Assembly (NCBI GenBank): GCA_963845355.1
Contig: CAWJRV010000005.1
Location: 6,196-70,195 of the forward strand
DNA: 64,000 nt
From: an uncultured Actinomycetes bacterium
Lineage (GTDB): Bacteria > Actinomycetota > Thermoleophilia > UBA2241
Direction: 5' to 3'
Numbering within the stretch: the stretch's first letter is position 1; each line of letters starts with the position of its first letter. A model generated the notes under the pieces. The model was not told where the DNA came from, ran no database searches, and saw only the letters and a program-made list of their open reading frames with translations. Positions 1 to 11,262 of the stretch are shown piece after piece. The position numbers and the translations under genes are program-made.

Positions 1-441
1 GCCTGTCTGCGCATCGCCGCGAGCGAGGAGTTTCGCCGCGTGCAGCGCCAGATCCTGGTGAACGCGGTCGCCCTGGCGGAGACGCTGGCCGACGGTGGCC
101 TGCGCCTGGTCTCGGGCGGCACCGACAACCACCTGGCCCTGGTCGACCTGCGTGGTACGGGCTTGAACGGCCTCGAGTGCCAGCAGCTCCTCGAGTCGGT
201 CAACATCACCGCCAACCGCAATGTCGTGCCCTTCGACGACACCAACATGTCGGTCGCCGGGGGCTTGCGCGTCGGCTCGCCGGCCGTGAGCACCCGAGGC
301 TTCACCGAAGTCGAGATGCGCAAGACCGGACGCCTCATTGTGCGCGCCCTGGCGGTCCGCGACAAGCCGGCCGTGCTGACCGAGATCCGCCAGGAAGTGC
401 TCGACCTGCTCGAAGCCTTCCCGCTCTACGAGTTCCTCTAG
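1..441 (+). CDS. glyA: Serine hydroxymethyltransferase, C-terminal part (gene starts before the window)
   Basis: LVSGGTDNHLALVDLR, ITANRNVVPFD and GLRVGSPAVSTRGF match the SHMT C-terminal domain; frame is open from base 1. Confidence 0.93.
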   Translation, partial: ACLRIAASEEFRRVQRQILVNAVALAETLADGGLRLVSGGTDNHLALVDLRGTGLNGLECQQLLESVNITANRNVVPFDDTNMSVAGGLRVGSPAVSTRGFTEVEMRKTGRLIVRALAVRDKPAVLTEIRQEVLDLLEAFPLYEFL

Positions 442-748
442 GCTGGTCCGGAGGCGCTCACGCCCCGAGGTGCCGGCAGCGCCACGCTCGCTTCGCGGCG
501 GCCTTGCGCCGGCTCCATGCGAGTGACAGGACCCAGGCGCCGCTGGAGCGGTCGCCGTCGGGCTCCCGGCGGTGTCTGGCCCGGCTACGCCGATCCGGTG
601 CCATCGCGCGTCATTTGCAGCTCTGAATAGTATGATGGTGGCTGACTGGGGGGGTTGTCACTCGAATGGTGCGCCGGGCAGGTCCGTTGCCCCGCGCGCT
701 CTGCCTGACCCGCCAGATGAACGGGCCGGCACCGACCTTGGGGGATCC

Positions 749-2152
749 ATGAAGAAGTTGTCTCTCACTTTGTTCCTGGCGTTGACCGCAGCCGTACTGT
801 GGCCGGCCGCGGGGCTCGCGCTCACGCCACACGTCATGAAGCCGCTGGTTTCGGCGCCGCGACAGTCCGCCCACACGACGTATTCGTTGCCCGCGGGGTT
901 GCGGAAGGCAGTGACGCCGGCGTTCACGCCGCGGCATGCGCCTGGTCGCTTCATGGCCGCGCGAGCCGCCACCGGCCCGTGCACGGTCACCGGGCACGTC
1001 TTCGACTTCGGCGGCACTGCGCTGGCAGGAGTCGAAGTCGACCTGTGGTACACGAACAGCAGCGACGTTGACGAGTTCGTCGCCTGGGTCGACACCGACA
1101 ACACCGGCATGTTCACCTTCACCGGCGTGCCCGAGACCACCGCCGGCGAGCTCGACGTCTGGACCGGCAGCGGCGACGATGGCTTCTTCTCCACCGGGAA
1201 CACCTTCACGGCCGCCGGACCCAACGACTTCACCCTGCGCCCCGGCATGACCGGCGCGGAGGTGCTCGAGGGCACCGACGAGACCTGGCAGGGGTGGCAG
1301 TCGTTCCGCCTGGTGACCTACGGCAGCGGCGGCGGTGGCGTCACGACCATCAACGGCGACTCCAGCCAGGGTTCAGTTGACGGAGAGGGCTACGTCATGG
1401 CGCCCGACTACGACTACGCCGTCGCCTACCCCTGGGACAACCAGGGCATCGAGTCGTTCGGCTCCGCGCTGCCCGTCACGACCGGTGCCTCAGACGGCAA
1501 GACGATGGTGTTCGACCAGGACAACGGCCGGGGCGCCTGGATCTACACCCCCTACTGGCAGTCCGGCAAGCCGGGCACCAAGGTCGCCCTCATCCTCGAG
1601 AACTGGCCGGTGAACTACGAGATGGCGTTCTACGGGATCTCGCAGGCGCCAAACGCCACCGAGAAGGACTGGGGTTTCTACGTCACTTCGGACGGCTCGC
1701 AGTACGGCAGGGTCGACCTGACCATCCCGACCACGGCGACCCCCGGCTACGACTACGAGCTCCATACTTGGCGCTACGACACGACGGTCCCGGAGAGTCG
1801 GCTTGATCTCACGACGTACTTCCAGGTCGCCACTCTGAAGGCGTCGCGGTCCACCGTGAAGCACGGCGGCACGGTGCGTCTGAGCGGCATCGTTCCGACC
1901 CAGGGGCACATGGGGCGCACGGTCGGCAAAGCGAAGTCGGTGGTCCTCTATGGGCACACGACGGCCGCGGGGCAGCCCACGACGACGACCAAGGGCTGGC
2001 ACAAGGTCGCGACGCTGAGGGCGAACGGTTTGGGCAAATTCACGAGCTCCCTGCTCCACCCGAAGCGCACCACCTGGTATGTCGTGCACTACCCCGGCGA
2101 CAACTGGTACTTCGGCGCCTACACGTCCGTGATCAAGGTCACCGTCAAGTAG
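749..2152 (+). CDS. Secreted beta-rich protein with a carboxypeptidase-regulatory-like domain and a basic C-terminal Ig-like module
   Basis: ATG at 749 after GGGGGA; signal peptide MKKLSLTLFLALTAAVLWPAAGLA; VTGHVFDFGGTALAGVEV...TDNTGMFTFTGVP resembles CarboxypepD_reg; strong GC3 codon bias. Confidence 0.75.
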   Translation: MKKLSLTLFLALTAAVLWPAAGLALTPHVMKPLVSAPRQSAHTTYSLPAGLRKAVTPAFTPRHAPGRFMAARAATGPCTVTGHVFDFGGTALAGVEVDLWYTNSSDVDEFVAWVDTDNTGMFTFTGVPETTAGELDVWTGSGDDGFFSTGNTFTAAGPNDFTLRPGMTGAEVLEGTDETWQGWQSFRLVTYGSGGGGVTTINGDSSQGSVDGEGYVMAPDYDYAVAYPWDNQGIESFGSALPVTTGASDGKTMVFDQDNGRGAWIYTPYWQSGKPGTKVALILENWPVNYEMAFYGISQAPNATEKDWGFYVTSDGSQYGRVDLTIPTTATPGYDYELHTWRYDTTVPESRLDLTTYFQVATLKASRSTVKHGGTVRLSGIVPTQGHMGRTVGKAKSVVLYGHTTAAGQPTTTTKGWHKVATLRANGLGKFTSSLLHPKRTTWYVVHYPGDNWYFGAYTSVIKVTVK

Positions 2153-2207
2153 GCGGCGACCCCGCGCGAATGCGAGCCCGACCGGAGCGCCGGCGGTCGG
2201 TGCGACT

Positions 2208-3020
2208 CTAGCGAGCCTCGACCGGCGGCCCCTGTGGGGCCGCCTCGTCGGGGCTCGCTGCGTCGGGGCTCACTGCATCAGCGCCCGCCAGGGCGGGGCT
2301 TGCCTCTTCGGCGTCGGTCGCGTCGAAGCTCCGTGCAAGCTCACCGAAGGCCGCGCTCGCACCGTGGCGGATCGCTCGCCCGTGAGCAAAGCAGGCCACC
2401 TCGAACTCCAGAGCCGCCAGCTTGGCGATGCTGCCGCGGCTCTCGGAAGCGTGCTCGTGCAGGGGGCCGAGAGTGAGGCGCGCAGTATGGTTGGCGGCGT
2501 CGCCGACGAACAGCACGCCGCCCTCACGGGGCAGCAGCAGTGCGAGGTGACCGAGTGTGTGACCGGGCGTGTGGATGGCCCGCAGGCCGCCGAAGGGCAG
2601 CTCCTCGCCGTCGCTCACCTCGTGCGCCACGACGACCGGCTCGCCTCGGCGCGACGACAGGCGTTCGATCACGCCCACTGCCGCACGGCTCCGGCGGCTG
2701 GGTCCGGCCTCGAGCGGGCGTCCCAGGATGCCCTGGCGCAGGAGCGTCGCGTCGTCGGGGTGCATCCAGACCTCGGCGCCGGTGCGGCGCTGCATCTCGG
2801 CGAGGCCGCCGACGTGGTCGGTATGCGCGTGGGTCACTACGATGGCGCGCACATCCTGCGGCAGCCGGCCGAGGCCGTAGATCGCCTCGGTGATACGCGG
2901 CGGACTCTTGCGCAGCCCGGCGTCGACCAGGACGAGGTCGCTGCCGGCCTCGACCAGGAACACATTCACCCCTCGCAAACCCACCTGGTAGACGCCGCGC
3001 ACCACTTGCCTGGCCAACAT
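2208..3020 (-). CDS. MBL-fold metallo-hydrolase
   Basis: THAHTDH (HxHxDH), HTPGHT, FVGDA and FAHG motifs; ATG at 3020 preceded by AGGAGG. Confidence 0.9.
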   Translation of the reverse strand: MLARQVVRGVYQVGLRGVNVFLVEAGSDLVLVDAGLRKSPPRITEAIYGLGRLPQDVRAIVVTHAHTDHVGGLAEMQRRTGAEVWMHPDDATLLRQGILGRPLEAGPSRRSRAAVGVIERLSSRRGEPVVVAHEVSDGEELPFGGLRAIHTPGHTLGHLALLLPREGGVLFVGDAANHTARLTLGPLHEHASESRGSIAKLAALEFEVACFAHGRAIRHGASAAFGELARSFDATDAEEASPALAGADAVSPDAASPDEAAPQGPPVEAR

Positions 3021-3214
3021 GTGAGTCCTCCTGTGAAGAGACGATGAGACTGCGCTCATTCTGCCCGCAACGGGCTGGAGGGTCCACGGAGGGTCGGCGG
3101 CGGACCGGCTTTGCTTCGCGCGACCGAGCGTCGCCCAGGCCTCACTGCGAGCCCGCGGAGCTCGAGCGGCAGGTGTACAGTTGCCCGTGAGACTGTCCCT
3201 CGAGGTGAAGGCGG

Positions 3215-3951
3215 ATGCGGGTGCGCGTCGCTCTCTTTGTCACGTGCGTGGCCGACACGATCGCGCCGGAGACCGGCCGGGCCGTCGCTGCGGTGCTGGA
3301 GCGACTCGGTGTCGAGGTCGCCTTTCCGGCGACGCAGACCTGTTGCGGTCAAATGCATGTGAACAGCGGTCATCGCGACGAGGCGCTCGCGCTCGCGCGG
3401 CGGTTCGTGGCCGTGTTTGGAGGCTTCGATGCCGTCGTGTCGCCGTCGTCGTCGTGCGTGGGAGCGGTGCGCGAGATCTACCCGGTGCTGGCTCGCGAGG
3501 CCGGCGACGCCCGGTTCGAGCGCGAGGCCCGCGCGCTGGGCGAGCGCATCTTCGAGCTGTCTGAGTTCATCGTGCGGCGTCTGGGTGTCGACGATGTCGG
3601 CGCGACGTTCCCGCACACGGTGACCTATCACCCGACGTGTCACTCGCAGCGCATCACACGGGTCGGCGACGCCCCGTTGCGCCTGCTGCGCGCCGTGCGC
3701 GGACTCGAGCTGCGCGAGCTGCCCGAGGCGACGGAGTGCTGCGGCTTCGGGGGCACCTTCGCGGTGAAGAACGCCGACACCTCGCTCGCCATGCTGACCG
3801 ACAAGTGCCGCAACATCGAGGCTACCGGCGCCGAGTGCTGCACCGCCGTCGATCCTTCGTGCCTGCTGCACATCGGGGGCGGGCTCAGCCGGCGGCGCAG
3901 CCGCGTGCGAGTGCTGCATCTGGCCGAGATCCTCGCTGCGACGGGGCCGGC

Positions 3952-3955
<4 letters not shown>
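3215..3955 (+). CDS. lutA: L-lactate utilization protein A (CCG-domain Fe-S oxidoreductase)
   Basis: Two CCG motifs (QTCCGQ, ECCGFGGTF) and YHPTCH; first gene of a three-gene operon with lutB- and lutC-like genes. Confidence 0.9.
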
Positions 3956-5464
<1,509 letters not shown>

Positions 5465-5481
<17 letters not shown>

Positions 5482-6286
5482 TGCGAGCGCGCCTGACGTG
5501 AGCGGGGGTCCCGACTTGAGCGCGCCCGGCGTGAGCGCGCCCGACTTGAGCGCGCCCGGCGCGAGCGGGGGTTGCGACGCGAACGGTCTTGACCCGACCG
5601 GGACTCGCGAGGCGATCCTGCGGCGGGTCGGCGTGGCGCTGCGCGCCGCGCCGACCCCCGCGCCGGTCACGCGCGAGTACCGGCGCGGCGGGCTGGCCGA
5701 CGGCGCCGCGCTCCTCGACCTGCTGCGCGAGCGTCTCGTCGACTACAAGGCCGAGGTCCGCTGCATCGGCGCCGGCGAGGAGGGCCGCACGGTCGCCGAC
5801 GTCTGCCGTGAGCACCAGGTCCGCCGGCTGGGCGTGCCGCCCGGGCTGCCCGCCGGCTGGCGGCCGGCCGGCGTGGAGCTGGTCGAAGACGCCGGCCTCA
5901 CCGCTCGTGAGCTGGACGTACTCGACGGCGCCGTTACCGGCTGCACGCTGGCCATCGCCGAGACCGGCACTCTGGTGCTGACCGCCGGACCCGCCGAGGG
6001 ACGCCGGGCGCTGACCCTCGTGCCCGACCTGCACGTCTGCGTGGTCGACGCACGTCAGGTGGTGAGCGACCTGCCGTCGGCTCTGCCGGAGATCGCCGCG
6101 CTCGTGCGGACCGAACGCCGGCCGGTGACCTTCATCTCGGGGCCCTCGGCCACCTCCGACATAGAGCTCCACCGGGTCGAGGGCGTCCACGGGCCGCGCC
6201 GGCTCGTCGTGCTCATCGTGGCGCCGCCGGCGACATCCAATACGACGCTGCCGGCGACATCCGACACGACGCCGCCGAAAGCGTAG
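5465..6286 (+). CDS. lutC: L-lactate utilization protein C (LUD domain)
   Basis: AIAETGTLVL, GRRALTLVP and FISGPSATSDIELHRVEGVHGPR; exact start uncertain. Confidence 0.88.
5485..5580 (+). repeat. Six 15/18-bp tandem units (GAGCGCGCCCGACTT-like) in the lutC N-terminus
   Basis: Encodes SAPDV SGGPDL SAPGV SAPDL SAPGA SGGCD. Confidence 0.85.
6223..6277 (+). repeat. 24-bp tandem duplication in the lutC C-terminus
   Basis: Encodes PPATSNTT/LPATSDTT/PP. Confidence 0.8.
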
Positions 6287-6300
6287 CCCTCCCTGTATAC

Positions 6301-6378
6301 GTGTCCGCACGCCGCCGGACGTTGCCGGACGTTGCCGTACGCCTGCGAACGCTGCCGAACGTCCGGGCGCCGCCGAAC
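6301..6378 (+). repeat. Intergenic 10-bp-period direct repeats (consensus near GYYGCCGNAC)
   Basis: gtgtccgcac gccgccggac gttgccggac gttgccgtac gcctgcgaac gctgccgaac, plus gccgccgaac at 6369-6378. Confidence 0.75.
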
Positions 6379-6407
6379 GGCGCCCTTCCCGGAGCCGTTC
6401 CGGCGGC

Positions 6408-6416
6408 TGTTATACT
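6408..6416 (+). promoter_or_regulatory. Candidate extended -10 promoter (TGnTATACT) for the S53 protease gene
   Basis: TGTTATACT in a GC-rich intergenic region about 120 bp upstream of the ATG. Confidence 0.5.
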
Positions 6417-6535
6417 CGCTGCGATTCATCGTACGGGGTGCTTCGCCGGCCGCCTTAGGCCGCCGGCGCGGGCCGCCGCAAAGGGGGGAAACGATGAGCA
6501 GGGTCGTCGTCTCCACCAGTCGCCAAGGGGGTACC

Positions 6536-8464
6536 ATGCATCGTCACGTCCGATCTTTCTGTGTCGCGTTCGCCGTGGTCGTGGCGCTCGCGGCGGTGCT
6601 CGCGGCGAGCGCCACGGCGGCGCCGAGCGGCCGCGCCCAGCTTAGCGGGAGCGTGCCGGCGTGGGCGCTGCCCTCGGCGTTCAAGGCCGCGACCGACCCC
6701 GGCCAGCGCCTCAGCTTTCAGGTGTACCTCGGTTGGCGCGACGGCTCGGCTGCCAGAGCGCTGGCGCGTGCCGTCTCCAATCCGTCGAGCGCGCTCTACG
6801 GCCACTACCTGAGCCCGGCAAAGTTCCGCCGCCTGTTCGCGCCCCGCAAGGCCAGCGTCGCCGCGGTGCGGGCGTGGCTGGCGGGCCAGGGCTTCGCCGT
6901 CACGGGCGTGCCCGGCAACAACCTCTACGTGGCCGCCGCGGGCACCGTGGCGCAGGCCGAAAAGGCCCTCGGCGTCCGTCTGAATCAGTACACGACCGAC
7001 GGCCAGACGCTGCGCGCGCCGGCGTCGGCCCTGAGCATTCCGGCGTCGCTCGCCGGCATCGTGACCGCGGTCGTCGGTCTCGACCAAAGCAAGGCCCACC
7101 CGCAGGCGAGCGCCGACAACGCGCCCCCGCCGGCAGGGTTCCGCAACGCCCAGCCCTGGTCGATGTACTGGGGCCAGAACATCGCGACCGATCTGCCCAT
7201 GGGCTACGGCCACTACCTACCTTACGCACCGCGCGGCTACACGCCCAGCCAGCTTCGCGGGGCCTACGGTATCGACAAGGCGATCAGGTACGGCAACGAC
7301 GGGACCGGTGTCACGGTCGCCATCATCGACGCCTATGCCGCCCCGACCATCGTCTACGACGTCAATCGCTACTCGCACGACAACGGCGTGCCCGTCTTCA
7401 GGCCGGGACAGTTCAAGCAGATCCTCGACCCCGGTCTGGCCACTCAGCCGCCGCAGTCCGACGAATCGGACTGGTACGGCGAAGAGACGCTCGACATCGA
7501 GGCCGTGCACTCCATGGCGCCCGGCGCGAAGATCGTCTTCCTGGGCGCCCTGAACAGCCAGGACGACTCGCTCGACGTGATGATGAACTACGTCGTCGAC
7601 CATCGCGTGGCGCGCATCGTGAGCAACTCGTACGGTGAGTATGGCGAGCAGCTGCCGCCCGAACTGATCAAGGCGGAGAACTGCATCTACCTGCAAGCGG
7701 CCCTCGAAGGGATCGGCGTCTACTTCTCTTCAGGCGACAACGGCGACGAAGTCGACACGCTCGGCTATCGCTCGGTCGACTGGCCGGCGTCGAGCCCCTG
7801 GGTGACCGGGGTGGGCGGTACCAGCCTCGGTGTCGGCGCGCGCAACAACTACCTCTTCGAGACGGGCTGGGGCACGAGCCGCAGCGTGCTCGACAACGGC
7901 GTCTGGACGCCGGACCTGCCCGGCGACTGGTGGTACGGCGGCGGCGGCGGCACGAGCGTGCTGTACGCGCAGCCCTGGTATCAGCACAGGGTCGTCCCGG
8001 CCTCGATCGCCGACTATTTCGGCACCGGCAGCAAGTGGCGTACCGTGCCCGACGTGGCCATGGACGCCGACCCGACGACCGGCATGCTGGTGGGCGAGAC
8101 GCAGACGTTCCCTGACGGCGTCTACTACGACACCTATCGCATCGGCGGCACCAGCCTCTCGTGCCCGCTGTTCGCGGGCATGATGGCGCTCGCCGACCAG
8201 CGGGCGCGCTTCCCGCACGGGTTCCTGAACCCGGCGCTCTACCGGCTTGCCGGAACCGGCGCTTTCCGCGACATCGTCAACCCCAAGACGACGATCGCGG
8301 CCGTGCGTAGCGACTTCAGTGATGGCGTGGACGCCGCCGACGGCGTGGGCTTCTCGGTGCGCACCATGAACCAGACCGAGAGCCTCCAGACGCTCCCCGG
8401 CTACGACGACGTGACCGGCGTCGGCAGCCCGAACGGCGAGGCGTTCCTGAACGCCCTCAGGTAG
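6536..8464 (+). CDS. Secreted S53 (sedolisin/kumamolisin) serine protease with pro-domain
   Basis: Signal peptide, pro-domain (SALYGHYLSPAKFRRLF), EETLDIE (Glu/Asp), SSGDNG oxyanion Asp, GGTSLSCP catalytic Ser, GYDDVTGVGSP calcium site. Confidence 0.93.
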   Translation: MHRHVRSFCVAFAVVVALAAVLAASATAAPSGRAQLSGSVPAWALPSAFKAATDPGQRLSFQVYLGWRDGSAARALARAVSNPSSALYGHYLSPAKFRRLFAPRKASVAAVRAWLAGQGFAVTGVPGNNLYVAAAGTVAQAEKALGVRLNQYTTDGQTLRAPASALSIPASLAGIVTAVVGLDQSKAHPQASADNAPPPAGFRNAQPWSMYWGQNIATDLPMGYGHYLPYAPRGYTPSQLRGAYGIDKAIRYGNDGTGVTVAIIDAYAAPTIVYDVNRYSHDNGVPVFRPGQFKQILDPGLATQPPQSDESDWYGEETLDIEAVHSMAPGAKIVFLGALNSQDDSLDVMMNYVVDHRVARIVSNSYGEYGEQLPPELIKAENCIYLQAALEGIGVYFSSGDNGDEVDTLGYRSVDWPASSPWVTGVGGTSLGVGARNNYLFETGWGTSRSVLDNGVWTPDLPGDWWYGGGGGTSVLYAQPWYQHRVVPASIADYFGTGSKWRTVPDVAMDADPTTGMLVGETQTFPDGVYYDTYRIGGTSLSCPLFAGMMALADQRARFPHGFLNPALYRLAGTGAFRDIVNPKTTIAAVRSDFSDGVDAADGVGFSVRTMNQTESLQTLPGYDDVTGVGSPNGEAFLNALR

Positions 8465-8514
8465 GGCGGCAAGCACCGGCCGAGAAGCGGCGGGAAAGCC
8501 CCCACGCTCGAGTG

Positions 8515-8557
8515 GCGGCGGGCGGCGGGCCTTGAAGGGCCCGCCGCCCGCCGCTTT
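8515..8557 (+). terminator. Intrinsic terminator hairpin after the S53 protease
   Basis: Perfect 17-bp stem GCGGCGGGCGGCGGGCC / GGCCCGCCGCCCGCCGC with loop TTGAAG, followed by TTT. Confidence 0.8.
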
Positions 8558-8681
8558 CGTGAGGCGCGCCGCCGCGTCGCTTGGCGCGGCCGCAGGCCTG
8601 CGGCCCGCACCCGCGAGCCGCTACAATTCGAAGACCGTTCTGAGCGCCGAGTCGTGCGGCCCGACCTGTGGGGGGATTTCA

Positions 8682-9470
8682 GTGGAACTGAATCTGACCG
8701 GCCGGACGGCGCTGGTGACCGGCGCCAGTCTCGGGCTGGGCTACGCGTGCGCCAGGGAGCTGTCACGCGAGGGGGCTCGGGTGGTCGTCTGCGCCCGCGA
8801 CGCTGCCCGCCTCGGGGCCGCGGCCCGGCAGATCGCCGGCGAGACCGGGGGAGAGGTGGCCGCAGTGACGGCCGACCTGAGGAACGACGACGACCTTGCC
8901 AGCCTCGTTGACCAGGCGAAGGTGGTCCTCGGTACCATCGACATCCTCGTGGTCAGTACCGGACACCCCGAAAAGGCGCCCTTCTCGCAGGCGACCGACG
9001 ACCAGTGGCGGCAGGGCATCGAGCTCATGCTCCGGCCGGCCATCACGCTGGCTCGCGGGGTTCTGGCCGGGATGCGGGAGCGCCGCTACGGACGCCTGGT
9101 GTTCATCGGCTCGATCTACGGGCTCGAGCCGGAGCCGACATCGGTCGTGCAGAGCACGCTGCGCAGCGGCCTGAACGCCCTGTCGAAGTGCATCGCCACC
9201 GAGGCGGCCGCCGACGGTGTGACCGCCAACGTGATCTGTCCGGGCTACTTCGACACGCCGCTCGTCGCCGACCTCGCGCGCCGGTGGGCCGCCGAGACCG
9301 GCTGCATGCCGCAAACGGTCCTCGACGAGTGGCGCGACGTCGCGCCCTCGAAGACGTTCGGCCGGCCCGACGACCTGGGCGCTCTGGTCGCGTTTCTGGC
9401 CTCGCCGCGCGGCGAGTTCGTGAACGGCACGTCGATCGCCATGGACGGCGGCGCCGTCAGGCGGTACTAA
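8682..9470 (+). CDS. Short-chain dehydrogenase/reductase (BKR/FabG-like, atypical active site)
   Basis: TGASLGLG Rossmann motif, NVICPGYFDT and C-terminal VNGTSIAMDGG; GTG start at 8682. Confidence 0.88.
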   Translation: MELNLTGRTALVTGASLGLGYACARELSREGARVVVCARDAARLGAAARQIAGETGGEVAAVTADLRNDDDLASLVDQAKVVLGTIDILVVSTGHPEKAPFSQATDDQWRQGIELMLRPAITLARGVLAGMRERRYGRLVFIGSIYGLEPEPTSVVQSTLRSGLNALSKCIATEAAADGVTANVICPGYFDTPLVADLARRWAAETGCMPQTVLDEWRDVAPSKTFGRPDDLGALVAFLASPRGEFVNGTSIAMDGGAVRRY

Positions 9471-9586
9471 ACGAGGGCGAGAACTCCCGAATGATCGCGA
9501 CGGGACCTTCGTGCCGGGGGCGAGGCCGGCGTAGTAGGGGAGATGCGGCGGGCGCCTCGCGCTGGGAGACCGGCGGGCGCCACGCG

Positions 9587-10153
9587 CTAGGAGACCGGCA
9601 GGTCCACCCGCAGCACGTCGTTGATCGCCGCCACGAGCAGCGGCTGCAGCTCGTCGGTGGGGACGTTCAGGAACTGCTCGGCCGTGAATCCCAGGACGCC
9701 CATGACGAGACCGACGGCAGCGGCCATGCGCACGCGGTCGTCGAGGGGGATCGTCTCATCTGAGAACAGGGCGTTGACGCGCTCGTGGATGGCGACGTGG
9801 TCGGCTGCGCTCTGGGCGTCGTGCGCCAGGGAGTGAAGCGCGTTCTGGTTGCTCTGGAAGAGCTCAAAGAGGCGGCGCTGCGGCAGCACCCATTCGACGA
9901 GGGTCGCAAGGCCCGCGCTCCAGGCCTCGCGCGTGGGCCGTTGCCCAAGGAGGTTCACGACCAGTCCCTGCAGGTCGACGACCGGCTTGAAGAGCGTGCG
10001 CATGATCTCTTCTTTGCTCTCGAAGTGGTAGTAGAGAGCGGCCTTGGTCACCCCGACCCGCTCGGCGATCTCGCGCAGCGAGGTCTTGTCGTAGCCCTGT
10101 TCGATGAACAGATCGAGGGCTGCTGCGAGGATACGATCACGTGTGTCGTTCAT
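9587..10153 (-). CDS. TetR/AcrR family transcriptional regulator
   Basis: [42 protein letters not shown] helix-turn-helix. Confidence 0.95.
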   Translation of the reverse strand: MNDTRDRILAAALDLFIEQGYDKTSLREIAERVGVTKAALYYHFESKEEIMRTLFKPVVDLQGLVVNLLGQRPTREAWSAGLATLVEWVLPQRRLFELFQSNQNALHSLAHDAQSAADHVAIHERVNALFSDETIPLDDRVRMAAAVGLVMGVLGFTAEQFLNVPTDELQPLLVAAINDVLRVDLPVS

Positions 10154-10164
10154 CGTTTCCCATC

Positions 10165-10234
10165 TTACTTGACAACCGGTAGACTATCACTTACCTTACG
10201 GTCAGTCAGTGTTTACCTAACGACCGGTAGGTGA
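10165..10234. promoter_or_regulatory. Divergent promoter/operator region: sigma70 promoter plus repeated putative TetR operators
   Basis: TTGACA (10169-10174), 17-bp spacer, TACCTT (10192-10197); TTACTTGACAACCGGTAG (10165-10182) and TTACCTAACGACCGGTAG (10213-10230) match at 15/18. Confidence 0.75.
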
Positions 10235-10239
10235 TGCCC

Positions 10240-11262
10240 ATGAGTGAGACTATCATGATCGAGGCCGGAGCGCTGTCGAAGCGTTACGGCGAGACCCAGG
10301 CGCTGGACAAGGTCGACCTCGCGGTCCCCGCGGGCTCGATCCTCGGCGTGCTCGGGCCCAACGGCGCCGGCAAGACGACAGGCGTCCGCATTCTGACGAC
10401 CCTCACGACTCCCGACAGCGGCTGGGCGCGAGTGGCCGGCCACGACGTGGTCACCCATGCCGCCGCCGTGCGACGCACCATCGGCGTGACCGGGCAGGAC
10501 GCCACGCTAGACGACGCCCTGACCGGGCGCCAGAACCTGATCATGGTCGGCCAGCTCAGCCGGCTGCGGCGCGCCGAGGCGCGCCGCCGGGCCGCGGACT
10601 TGCTTGGCCAGTTCGAGCTCGACGACGCCGCCGATCGCGTCGTCAAGGGCTACTCCGGAGGCATGCGCCGGCGCCTCGACCTGGCGGCCAGCCTCATGAT
10701 GCGACCGCCGGTCCTCTTTCTCGACGAACCCACCACCGGCCTCGACCCGACCAGTCGGCAGCGCATGTGGGGCGTGATCCGTGGCCTGGTCGGCGACGGC
10801 GTCACCGTGTGGCTCACCACCCAGTATTTGGACGAGGCCGACTCCCTGGCCGATCAGATCGCCGTGATCGACAAGGGACGCGTGATCGCCCAGGGCACGC
10901 CGCGCGAGCTCAAAGCGGCCACCGGATCGCAACTGCTCGAGGCGACGCTGACGGCGCCCCACGCCGGCGCCGCGGCGGCGCTCGCCGCCTTCGCCACCGG
11001 CACCGTCAAGGTCTCGGGCGACGGTCGCCGGCTCTGGGCGCCCGTGAGTAGCGAGTCGGGCCTCTCGACAGCCGTGCTTCGTGCGTTGGACGAGGCGGGC
11101 GTGCTGGTCGACGACATCGCCATCCACCGGCCGTCCCTGGACGACGTGTTCGCCACCTTGACCGGGGCGCTGGCCGGCGGCGACGACCCCTTGCTTGCCG
11201 GCGACCCCGACGCTCAGGCGCCGGGCCGCGTGGACGACGCCACCAAAGGAGTGACCGCATGA
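10240..11262 (+). CDS. DrrA-type ABC exporter ATP-binding subunit
   Basis: GPNGAGKTT, YSGGMRRRLDLA, LFLDEPTTGLDP, TTQYLDEAD and C-terminal RPSLDDVF. Confidence 0.93.
   Translation: MSETIMIEAGALSKRYGETQALDKVDLAVPAGSILGVLGPNGAGKTTGVRILTTLTTPDSGWARVAGHDVVTHAAAVRRTIGVTGQDATLDDALTGRQNLIMVGQLSRLRRAEARRRAADLLGQFELDDAADRVVKGYSGGMRRRLDLAASLMMRPPVLFLDEPTTGLDPTSRQRMWGVIRGLVGDGVTVWLTTQYLDEADSLADQIAVIDKGRVIAQGTPRELKAATGSQLLEATLTAPHAGAAAALAAFATGTVKVSGDGRRLWAPVSSESGLSTAVLRALDEAGVLVDDIAIHRPSLDDVFATLTGALAGGDDPLLAGDPDAQAPGRVDDATKGVTA

Noticed and set aside
6301-6378. Repeats here and at 36072-36147 as CRISPR arrays
   Set aside because: Units are short, adjacent and lack unique spacers; no cas genes are present.
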